Of a DNA stretch of 26,451 bases, positions 8,540-18,065 are shown piece by piece. This stretch comes from Chthoniobacteraceae bacterium. GTDB taxonomy: Bacteria > Verrucomicrobiota > Verrucomicrobiia > Chthoniobacterales > Chthoniobacteraceae. The notes under the pieces are model-generated. The model was not told where the DNA came from. It ran no database searches and saw nothing but the letters and a program-made list of their open reading frames with translations. The stretch spans positions 1 to 26,451 of the forward strand of contig JANNWY010000092.1 in the NCBI GenBank assembly GCA_031409335.1, read 5' to 3'. Numbering within the stretch: position 1 is the stretch's first letter; every line of letters begins with the position of its first letter. Made by a program: the position numbers and the translations under genes.

Positions 8540-11500
8540 ATGCCCAAAGACCCTTCGCTTCACAAAATTCTCGTCATCGGCTCCGGCCCCATCGTCATCG
8601 GGCAGGGGTGCGAATTTGACTACTCGGGCGTGCAGGCTTGCAAGGCGCTGAAGGAGGAGGGCTACACGGTCATCCTCGTGAACTCGAACCCGGCGACGAT
8701 CATGACGGACCCGGAATTTGCGCACCGGACTTACATCGAGCCGATCACGCCGCAGATCGTGGAGCTGATCATTGAAAAGGAAAAGCCGGACGCGCTGCTG
8801 CCGACGCTGGGCGGGCAGACGGCGCTGAATTGTGCGATGAAACTTTTTGAATCCGGCGTGCTGGAAAAGCATGGTGTGAAAATGATCGGCGCGAATGCGG
8901 CGGCGATTCACAAGGGCGAGGACCGGCAGGCTTTTAAGGACGCGATGATCAAGATCGGCATGGATATGCCGCACTCCGGGACGGCGCACACGATCGAGGA
9001 TGCGCGCAAAGTTTTGACGGAAATCGGGACGCTGCCGCTGATCATCCGGCCCGCTTTCACGCTCGGCGGTTCGGGCGGCGGGATTGCTTACAACAAGGAG
9101 GAATTCGAGACGATCGTGGCGCGCGGGCTCGATCTTTCGCCGGTGAGCGAAGTGCTGATCGAGGAGTCGCTGCTCGGCTGGAAGGAATTTGAGATGGAGG
9201 TGATGCGCGACCGTCACGACAACTGTGTGATCGTGTGCTCGATCGAGAATGTGGACCCGATGGGCGTGCATACCGGCGACTCGATCACGGTCGCGCCGAT
9301 CCAGACGCTGACGGATCGCGAATATCAGATGATGCGCGATGCGTCGTTTGCGATCATCCGCGAGATCGGGGTGGAAACGGGCGGATCGAATATCCAGTTC
9401 GCGGTGGAGCCGGACACGGGGCGCATGATCGTGATCGAGATGAATCCGCGCGTGTCGCGTTCATCGGCGCTGGCGTCGAAGGCGACCGGCTTTCCCATCG
9501 CGAAAATCGCGGCGCGGCTCGCGGTCGGCTATACGCTCGATGAAGTGCGCAACGACATCACGCGAGTGACGCCGGCGAGCTTTGAGCCGACGATTGATTA
9601 TGTCGTGGTGAAATGCCCGCGGTTCACTTTCGAGAAATTTCCGCAGGCCGATCCGGTGCTGACCACGCAGATGAAAAGCGTCGGCGAGGCGATGGCAATC
9701 GGGCGCACTTTCAAAGAGGCGCTGCAAAAGGCGCTGCGTTCGCTGGAGATCAAACGCTTTGGATTCATCGGCGATGGCAAGGATGTCGTGGTCGATGACG
9801 AGACGCTGCGGACGAAATTGACGGTGCCGAATGCGGAGCGGATTTTCTTCCTCGGCCTCGCGCTGGCGCGCGGCTGGAGCGTTGAGGAAATCTTCGAGCT
9901 GACGAAGATCGACCGCTGGTTTTTGGAAAACATGCGGCAGATCGTGGCGGCTGATGCGCAGATGAAATCGCCCGCCGAAAAGGCGCAGCCGCGCAGCCTG
10001 CTTTCGCCGTGGAAATCGCAGAACGCAACCGGCCTGCTCGAAGATCGCGCGGCGCTCGTGCGCGCGAAGAAGCTCGGCTTTTCCGATGTGCAAATCGGCG
10101 TCGCGACGGGCACGACCGCGGCGGCGGTGCGCGCGGCGCGGCACAAGCACGGGGTCATCCCGACTTACCGGCTCGTCGATACGTGCGCGGCGGAGTTCGA
10201 GGCTTACACGCCTTACTATTACTCGACGTATGGCGATGAGAATGAGCGGCGCGATTCGGGAAAGAAAAAGGTCATCATCCTCGGTGGCGGACCGAACCGC
10301 ATCGGACAGGGCATCGAGTTCGACTACTGCTGCGTCCACGCCGCGTTCGCGCTGCGCGAGGAGGGCTTCGAGACGATCATGGTGAACTCGAATCCCGAGA
10401 CGGTTTCGACCGACTACGACACGAGCGACAAGCTGTATTTCGAGCCGCTCACGCTCGAAGACGTGCTCAATATTTGCGAACAGGAAAAGCCGTGGGGCGT
10501 CATCGTGCAATTCGGCGGGCAGACTCCGCTGAACCTCGCGAACGGACTCGCGGAAGCGGGCGTCCCGATCATCGGCACTTCGCCGAAATCGATCGAGATC
10601 GCGGAAGATCGGAAGCTGTTCGGAGCGATGCTCGACAAGCTCGGCATCCGGCAAACGCACGGCGGCACGGCTGTCACTGAGAGCGAAGCGGTGGCCGTCG
10701 CGGACAGAGTTGGCTATCCCGTGCTCGTGCGCCCGAGCTTCGTGCTCGGCGGACGTGGGATGATGCTCGTCCACAACGAAGCAGACCTGCGGAAGTATGT
10801 CCGCGACGCGATGGAAAGTGGCACAGCCGTCCCGGCTGTGGGGCCCGCAAGCGTTACGCTTGCTTCAAGCGACCTGGTCTTCAAAGCCTTCGATCCGCGA
10901 GCCGAAGTGCAAATTTCCCGGCGAGATCTTCCTCACTGGCAGCAAAACGATGTCGCGTATTTCGTCACCTTCCGCCTCGCGGATGCGGTGCCCCAATCGC
11001 TGCGCCGCGAATGGTCCGAAGAAATCGAAACGTGGCGGCGGCATCATCCCGAACCGTGGGATGCGGCGACCCGTTACGAATATCAAAAGCGTTTTCAAGA
11101 TGGCCGCGAGCAGTGGCTCGATCAGGGGCACGGGGAATGTCTGCTCAGGCGGGCCGACGTCGCCGCGCGGGTCGTCGATGCCTTGCGGCATTTCAATCGC
11201 GACCGCTACGTGCTCGACGCGTTCGTGGTGATGCCGAATCATGTTCACGTTTTGGTAAAGCCCATCCGTGGACACGGGCTGAGCGACATCCTGCACTCGT
11301 GGAAATCTTTTACGGCAAAGGAAGTGAACAAGCTACTCGGGCGCGACGGGGTTTTTTGGCAGGACGAAAACTTTGACCGGATCGTACGCGATTTCGACGA
11401 ATTGGTGCGGTGCCGGGCTTACATCGCCAATAATCCTGCGCAGTCGGGATTGCGCAGTGGGGAAATTTTTTTGGACGCGGCGGGAGCTTTGCAGAATGAT

Positions 11501-12547
11501 TTGGCAGGCGGGACGCCTGCTGGCCCCACAGGCAGGATGCCTGTGCCACAGGCCGCGCGCGCGCAACATCCCATTCTCGTCGATCATTTCCTCGAAGACG
11601 CGACTGAAGTGGATGTCGATTGCATCAGCGATGGCGAGACGGTTGTCATCGGCGCGATCATGGAGCACATCGAAGAAGCCGGCATCCACAGCGGCGACAG
11701 CTCGTGCGTCATCCCGCCGTTTTCGCTGAGCGAAGAGGTGAAGGCCGAAATCACGCGCAGCACGAAGGCGATGGCCAAAGAGTTGAACGTGCGCGGCTTG
11801 ATGAACGTGCAGTTCGCCGTGCAAAACGAAACGGTTTACGTCCTCGAAGTGAACCCGCGCGCCAGCCGCACCGCGCCCTTCGTTTCCAAAGCGATCGGCG
11901 TCCCGCTGCCCAAACTAGCCGCAAAAATCATGGCCGGCAAAACGCTCATCGAACTCGGCTTCACCACCGAAATCGTGCCGCCACATTTCTCCGTGAAAGA
12001 AGCCGTCTTCCCCTTCATCCGCTTCCCCGGCATCGACATCGTGCTCGGCCCCGAGATGAAATCCACCGGTGAAGTGATGGGCATCGACCGCACGCTCGGC
12101 CTCGCTTTTGCCAAATCGCAAATGGCCGCCGCGCCGCCGCTCCCGGCCAAAGGCAACATCTTCATCAGCGTTGCCGATCGCGAAAAAGGCCGCGTCGCCG
12201 ACTTTGCAAAAGGCTTTGTCGAAATGGGCTTCACGCTCTTCGCTACCAGCGGAACCGCCGCCGCACTCAAGGCCGCGGATGTTCCCGTAAAAAAACTGCA
12301 CAAGCTCAACGAAGGCCGCCCCAACGCGCTCGACATGATCAAAAACGGCGAACTCGCCATGATCGTGAACACACCGAGCGGCAAAGTCGCCCGCGAGGAC
12401 GAAGTAAAAATCCGCAGCACCGCGACCGGAAATCGCATCCCCGTCTTCACCACCCTCCGCGGAGCCCGCGCCGCGCTCGAAGGCATCCGCGCCGTCCGCG
12501 AGCACGGCCTCAGCGTGAAGCCGCTCCAGGAGTGGCATCCAAAGTAG
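8540..12547 (+). CDS. carB: Carbamoyl-phosphate synthase large subunit with an in-frame RAYT transposase insert (1335 aa)
   Basis: MPKD...[71 protein letters not shown] and a C-terminal MGS-like allosteric domain; about 244 extra codons after residue 759. Confidence 0.97.
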   Translation: MPKDPSLHKILVIGSGPIVIGQGCEFDYSGVQACKALKEEGYTVILVNSNPATIMTDPEFAHRTYIEPITPQIVELIIEKEKPDALLPTLGGQTALNCAMKLFESGVLEKHGVKMIGANAAAIHKGEDRQAFKDAMIKIGMDMPHSGTAHTIEDARKVLTEIGTLPLIIRPAFTLGGSGGGIAYNKEEFETIVARGLDLSPVSEVLIEESLLGWKEFEMEVMRDRHDNCVIVCSIENVDPMGVHTGDSITVAPIQTLTDREYQMMRDASFAIIREIGVETGGSNIQFAVEPDTGRMIVIEMNPRVSRSSALASKATGFPIAKIAARLAVGYTLDEVRNDITRVTPASFEPTIDYVVVKCPRFTFEKFPQADPVLTTQMKSVGEAMAIGRTFKEALQKALRSLEIKRFGFIGDGKDVVVDDETLRTKLTVPNAERIFFLGLALARGWSVEEIFELTKIDRWFLENMRQIVAADAQMKSPAEKAQPRSLLSPWKSQNATGLLEDRAALVRAKKLGFSDVQIGVATGTTAAAVRAARHKHGVIPTYRLVDTCAAEFEAYTPYYYSTYGDENERRDSGKKKVIILGGGPNRIGQGIEFDYCCVHAAFALREEGFETIMVNSNPETVSTDYDTSDKLYFEPLTLEDVLNICEQEKPWGVIVQFGGQTPLNLANGLAEAGVPIIGTSPKSIEIAEDRKLFGAMLDKLGIRQTHGGTAVTESEAVAVADRVGYPVLVRPSFVLGGRGMMLVHNEADLRKYVRDAMESGTAVPAVGPASVTLASSDLVFKAFDPRAEVQISRRDLPHWQQNDVAYFVTFRLADAVPQSLRREWSEEIETWRRHHPEPWDAATRYEYQKRFQDGREQWLDQGHGECLLRRADVAARVVDALRHFNRDRYVLDAFVVMPNHVHVLVKPIRGHGLSDILHSWKSFTAKEVNKLLGRDGVFWQDENFDRIVRDFDELVRCRAYIANNPAQSGLRSGEIFLDAAGALQNDLAGGTPAGPTGRMPVPQAARAQHPILVDHFLEDATEVDVDCISDGETVVIGAIMEHIEEAGIHSGDSSCVIPPFSLSEEVKAEITRSTKAMAKELNVRGLMNVQFAVQNETVYVLEVNPRASRTAPFVSKAIGVPLPKLAAKIMAGKTLIELGFTTEIVPPHFSVKEAVFPFIRFPGIDIVLGPEMKSTGEVMGIDRTLGLAFAKSQMAAAPPLPAKGNIFISVADREKGRVADFAKGFVEMGFTLFATSGTAAALKAADVPVKKLHKLNEGRPNALDMIKNGELAMIVNTPSGKVAREDEVKIRSTATGNRIPVFTTLRGARAALEGIRAVREHGLSVKPLQEWHPK
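10818..10863 (+). repeat. Left REP doublet (GTGG tag plus two hairpins)
   Basis: GTGG-CACAGCCG-TCC-CGGCTGTG-GGGCCC-GCAAGCG-TTA-CGCTTGC. Confidence 0.9.
11504..11549 (-). repeat. Right REP doublet, an inverted copy of 10818-10863
   Basis: Reverse complement reads GTGG-CACAGGCA-TCC-TGCCTGTG-GGGCCA-GCAGGCG-TCC-CGCCTGC; 37/46 identical to the left copy. Confidence 0.9.
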
Positions 12548-12565
12548 CGCGCCAAAAAACTCGCA

Positions 12566-14785
12566 CTACTCCCGCATTGTCCGCTTGCCGGATGAAGGGT
12601 CGGCCATCCTTGGAGCCTGTCTGCACTTTACCGCCCTAAACACAGAGGTACAGAGGACACGGAGGATCACAGAGAATTCTCCGATACGGATTCCTCCTCT
12701 GTGTTTCTCGGTGCCCTCTGTATCTCTGTGTTTCAAAAAAGCTAAACAGGCATGAAGGGCTCTATCGGTGCCGCCGCGCCAGCCGATCAGCCCGAGCAGG
12801 CCCATCGCGGTCGCCACGCTCCCCGGCTCCGGCACGGGCACCACTTCGCCGAAGCCTCCGGTGAACCCCGAAAATCCCGGCGCGAAAGGCAGGAGCGTCG
12901 AGCCCGCGTCGCTGTAAAATTTGATCTGCAAAAGCTGACTGGCCACGAGGCCGGTCCCGCTGCCGTTGCCGAAATAAAGCTGATCGGTCCCGCTGCCGGT
13001 GTTCTGATTTCCCGACCAATTCCAAATGCTGAGCGTGCCCGTCCACAAAGCCGCGATGGCAGGCGCGGAGCTATCGGCAAAGCGCAGCACGCTCGCGCCC
13101 GCGCCCATGTCGATGACCGAACTCGCGGACAGCGTGAGCGTGCCCACCGTCTCCGAAAGCCCGCCCGTGCTGAGCTTCCCGCCCGCGAGGGTGAACCCAG
13201 CGGCGTCATTCACACGATCACCCGTCCCGCTCAAAAGCAGCGTGCCTCCCGTGTTGATGATGACGCCGCTGGTCCCCCCGAGCGCGCTGCTGCCCGCCGC
13301 CTCCAGCACCCCCCCGCTGACCGTCGTCCCCCCCGTGAAAGTATTCGCGCCGGTCAAAGCGAGCGTGCCCAAGCCGGTCTTGGTCAGCGCGCCGTTTTGC
13401 AGCGAAGCGGAGATGCGCAGATCGACCGCCGCCGAGCCGTCATGCACCGAAAAAGTGCGCGTACCGCCCAAGTCAATCGCGCCGGGGTTCGTCCCGCTGC
13501 CGCCGCTCAGGATTTGCGCGGTGCCGGAGGTCAGCGTGTTGTCCACCGTCACATTGTTCGTGAGCAGGATTTTGCCGGGCACCGAGTTGGAGGAATCCAG
13601 CGTGATCGTCGGGCTGCCCGTGCCGCCAAAAGTCAGGCCCGCGCCCGCATTCGTCACCGCGAGCACCGATCCCGTCGTGCCGCCATTCACGGTAAAAGTA
13701 CCGCCGGTGAGCGTGACGGCCGGTGCCGCGATCTGCCCGCCATTGCTCAGCAGCGTGGCTCCCCCAGTTTGGCTATAGGCATTGGCCCCCGGAAGCGTGA
13801 GCGTCGTCCCCGCGCCATCCACGGTCACATTGCCGGAGTTAGCGAGTGCGCCAGCCGTCGTCAGGTCGCGATTGTTCTTCAATGTGAGGTTGGCCTGAAT
13901 GCCCTGATTGCTACTGAGCACGGTCGTGAATTTGGTAAAGCTCGATCCCACGCCATCGAGCGTCACGCTGCCCTGGTTCGTCGTGATATTGCTGCCCGTC
14001 GTGATGTTGATGATGGCACCGTTGCTCACGTTCCAAGTCCCGCCGATGAGGTCAGTGCCGCTGTGCTGCGTCACGGCGCCCGACAAGGTGAGCGTGCCGC
14101 TCTGCACGTCGACCGTGCCGGTGTTGTTGAAGGTCGAACCGAAAGTGGTCGTCCCGCCCCCGGCGCTCTTGGTGAAGGTGCCCACGTTGTTGAAGATCGA
14201 GGTGCCGAGGCCGCCCTGGTTGTTCAGAAAGCTGCCGTCAAAGTTCGTGTCAAAGGTCGCCCCGAGCTGGTTGTTGAAGACCGACCCGTTGCCCGTGCTC
14301 AACTGGCCCGCCGTCCACATCGCCGCCCCGGTGTTGTTGAGCGTCCGCCCGTTCAGCGTTTTGGTTGACCCAGCCAGACTCAGCCCGCCATTCGCATTGA
14401 ACGCGCCGGGACTCGCGCCCGTCGCGCCGATTATCCCGCCGCTCCACGTGAACAACTCATTCGTCGTTAGTCCAAGGTTTCCCGTCACCGTCCCCGTGGA
14501 CATGGTGAACTTTTGGATCGTGATGTTCTGATCGAGCGTGACGGTGCTGTTGACGCCGAGGACCGCATCGTAGGTCGGGGTCGGCAACCCGTTATTCGGG
14601 GACGTGCCGGGCGCGCCGGGCGTGGTCCAATTCGCGCCGGAACTCCAGACAGCGCTCCCACCCGTCCAGGTGGAAGTAAAGGTGGCGGCGAACAGCGGCG
14701 CGGCGGAGAAGGCGAGCCCCGCCAGAGCGAGGCGGCGCGCGGCATTCGCTGATCGGATGGAGAGAGAGGCAGATCGTTTTTTCAT
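12566..14785 (-). CDS. PEP-CTERM sorting-domain protein with autotransporter-associated beta-strand repeats; C-terminus apparently frameshifted
   Basis: Likely start ATG 14785 (MKKRSASL...APLFA signal peptide); Gly/Thr/Asn-rich beta-helix-like body; LTKTGLGTLALTGANTFTGGTTVSGGVL passenger repeat; VPEPGSVATAMGLLGLIGWR sorting motif. The canonical stop is probably TAG 12764-12762 in an adjacent frame. Confidence 0.88.
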   Translation of the reverse strand: MKKRSASLSIRSANAARRLALAGLAFSAAPLFAATFTSTWTGGSAVWSSGANWTTPGAPGTSPNNGLPTPTYDAVLGVNSTVTLDQNITIQKFTMSTGTVTGNLGLTTNELFTWSGGIIGATGASPGAFNANGGLSLAGSTKTLNGRTLNNTGAAMWTAGQLSTGNGSVFNNQLGATFDTNFDGSFLNNQGGLGTSIFNNVGTFTKSAGGGTTTFGSTFNNTGTVDVQSGTLTLSGAVTQHSGTDLIGGTWNVSNGAIINITTGSNITTNQGSVTLDGVGSSFTKFTTVLSSNQGIQANLTLKNNRDLTTAGALANSGNVTVDGAGTTLTLPGANAYSQTGGATLLSNGGQIAAPAVTLTGGTFTVNGGTTGSVLAVTNAGAGLTFGGTGSPTITLDSSNSVPGKILLTNNVTVDNTLTSGTAQILSGGSGTNPGAIDLGGTRTFSVHDGSAAVDLRISASLQNGALTKTGLGTLALTGANTFTGGTTVSGGVLEAAGSSALGGTSGVIINTGGTLLLSGTGDRVNDAAGFTLAGGKLSTGGLSETVGTLTLSASSVIDMGAGASVLRFADSSAPAIAALWTGTLSIWNWSGNQNTGSGTDQLYFGNGSGTGLVASQLLQIKFYSDAGSTLLPFAPGFSGFTGGFGEVVPVPEPGSVATAMGLLGLIGWRGGTDRALHACLAFLKHRDTEGTEKHRGGIRIGEFSVILRVLCTSVFRAVKCRQAPRMADPSSGKRTMRE
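12638..12733. repeat. Palindromic CACAGAG-array element, copy B (downstream of carB)
   Basis: AAACACAGAGG-TACAGAGGA-CACGGAGGAT-CACAGAG (12638-12674; 33/37 identical to the left arm of copy A) with an inverted arm at 12697-12733. Confidence 0.88.
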
Positions 14786-14950
14786 GGTGTGATTTTGTGG
14801 AAGTGAAGGCGTCATTCCTGCCCTCCACGCATCCGCCAAAAGCGAACCGCGCGAAGGCTGGCTTTCTTCTTTTGCCAACGCAGCGCGGAAAGTTTCCGAA
14901 AATCTTTTCCCACTTTGCGCCTGGCGCGCGGTGTGGCAGCGTGCGGGCAA

Positions 14951-15172
14951 ATGTTCACCGACCCGACAGACGAATGGCACGAGTGGTACCGCCTCGCGCC
15001 GCTCGCGCGCTGGCGGGAAAGCGAAAAACTGTGGGCGCAGTATCTCGCCCAAGGAGGCAGCCTTGATCCCGAACCCGATTCGCAAAGTCCTTTCGACTTT
15101 CCAGAACTGCGCGGTGCGCGCCCTGTTGATGGGCGGGCAGGCCTGCGTGTTCTACGGCGCGGCGGAGTTTAG
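14951..15172 (+). CDS. Small acidic Trp-rich protein (73 aa), candidate antitoxin/partner of the downstream nucleotidyltransferase
   Basis: ATG 14951: MFTDPTDEWHEWYRLAPLARWRESEKLWAQYLAQGGSLDPEPDSQSPFDF...; the L-x-P-x-x-R-W pattern resembles small ORFs that precede minimal nucleotidyltransferases. Confidence 0.65.
   Translation: MFTDPTDEWHEWYRLAPLARWRESEKLWAQYLAQGGSLDPEPDSQSPFDFPELRGARPVDGRAGLRVLRRGGV
15051..15057 (+). promoter_or_regulatory. Shine-Dalgarno sequence for TTG 15063
   Basis: AAGGAGG lies 5 nt upstream of TTG 15063, inside the upstream small ORF. Confidence 0.6.
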
Positions 15173-15800
15173 CCGCGACACGGATTTCGCCATCCTCGCC
15201 GACGCGGAAAATCTCGCGCGGCTCCAGCGCGCGCTGGACGAACTCGCGGCGACCGTCATCGCCGTGCCGCCCTTTGACGTCGCCTATCTCGAACGCGGGC
15301 ACGCGGTCCATTTTCGCTGCCACCACCCCGAGGCCGCGGGGCTGCGCGTGGATGTGATGGCGAAGATGCGCGGCGTCGCGCCCTTTCCCGCGCTCTGGGA
15401 ACGGCGCACCACGCTGAGCGCGGATGATGGCGCGAGCTACGAACTGCTCGCGCTGCCCGATCTCGTCGCGGCGAAAAAAACGCAGCGCGACAAAGACTGG
15501 CCGATGATCCGCCGGCTCATCGAAGCGGACTTCGCCGCGACCGCCGCACCGACGCCGGAGCAAGTGCGCTTCTGGCTCGCCGAGGCGCGCACCCCGGCGC
15601 TCCTCGCGGAACTTGCCGCCCGCTTTCCGGCGGAATGCGCCGCGCAGGCGGAGTCGCGCGCGCTCCTGCGCGCGGCGGGTGGTTCCCCGGAAGAAATCGA
15701 GCTGGCGCTGCGTGCGGAGGAACACGCCGAGCGCGCGGCGGATCGCGCCTACTGGCTGCCGCTGCGGCGCGAACTCGAAGCACTGCGCCGACGATCGTAG
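15063..15800 (+). CDS. Pol-beta-superfamily nucleotidyltransferase (AbiEii/MenT-like), 245 aa
   Basis: LLMGGQACVFYG...FSRDTDF (GG-x-A and D-x-D), RVDVM (third Asp), DLVAAKKTQRDKDW; TTG start preceded by a strong SD. Confidence 0.75.
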   Translation: MIPNPIRKVLSTFQNCAVRALLMGGQACVFYGAAEFSRDTDFAILADAENLARLQRALDELAATVIAVPPFDVAYLERGHAVHFRCHHPEAAGLRVDVMAKMRGVAPFPALWERRTTLSADDGASYELLALPDLVAAKKTQRDKDWPMIRRLIEADFAATAAPTPEQVRFWLAEARTPALLAELAARFPAECAAQAESRALLRAAGGSPEEIELALRAEEHAERAADRAYWLPLRRELEALRRRS

Positions 15801-15847
15801 CCGCGCGGTGTGTAAAAAGAGGCTGGCGGTTTGCGTGGAGCGGCGCT

Positions 15848-16007
15848 GGCGCGCAAGGAGCGGCGATTTCCAAATCGCCGACCCACCCTCCGCTACAGAG
15901 CAGCCACACAGATGGCGAGGAGGCGGGAGTGGCGCGCGCCCTCGGAGAGTTTGGCGCTTCGCGCAGGTTGGGGTCGGCGATTTGGAAATTGCCGCTCCTT
16001 GTGCGCC
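15848..16007. repeat. REPIN-like pair: 37-bp inverted repeats, each with a GGAG-tagged hairpin
   Basis: GGCGCGCAAGGAG-CGGCGATT-TCCA-AATCGCCG-ACCC (15848-15884) and its inverse at 15971-16007; 35/37 match. Confidence 0.88.
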
Positions 16008-16123
16008 CCGCTCCGCCCTATCTCTCGCCAGCGTCCCGTTTGCCGCCCATCGCGCATTTTTCGCGCAGTTTTCGTTTGTGGAAAAACCGCACGTGTGTTG
16101 AGCTTCGCGCCACCGCGAGACTG

Positions 16124-18034
<1,911 letters not shown>

Positions 18035-18065
18035 GGCGGCTGGCAACAAGTCGAGGCGCGCGGTG

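Larger units (their letters stand above)
10818..11549 (+). mobile_element. RAYT (IS200-like Y1 HUH transposase) cassette bounded by inverted REP doublets, in frame within carB
   Basis: RRDLPHW (10919), YFVTFRL, HUH motif VMPNHVH (His at 11240 and 11246), [18 protein letters not shown] and catalytic-Tyr motif YIANNP (11420-11437). Ends are GTGG (10818) and CCAC (11549); length 732 bp = 244 codons. Confidence 0.92.

Noticed and set aside
9950..10050. Short extra segment in the CarB oligomerisation domain ([25 protein letters not shown])
   Set aside because: This region varies in length among CarB proteins and I see no convincing palindrome or repeat; it cannot be called an insertion without an alignment.
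10818..11549. Intein or group I/II intron interpretation of the carB insert
   Set aside because: No C-terminal His-Asn followed by Cys/Ser/Thr, no Hint-block motifs and no LAGLIDADG or RT domain; nearly the whole insert is transposase coding sequence plus REPs, leaving no room for a ribozyme core.
11820..12547. Apparent shift to C-ending codons in the 3' part of carB, suggesting a mosaic gene
   Set aside because: A similar drift is visible in other genes here (e.g. the prenyl synthase 3' half), and I cannot quantify it without computation.
8364..12733. CRISPR array interpretation of the repeated CACAGAG, heptamer and nonamer motifs
   Set aside because: The repeats are short, tandem and inverted, without 25-40-nt unique spacers between direct repeats; no cas genes are present.
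14786..15085. N-terminal 100-aa extension of the 839-aa minus-strand ORF
   Set aside because: It overlaps the plus-strand small ORF/NTase pair, and the signal peptide begins at ATG 14785.
15635..16123. N-terminal extension of the 799-aa ORF
   Set aside because: It runs through the NTase 3' end and a REP pair; the signal peptide starts at ATG 16124.
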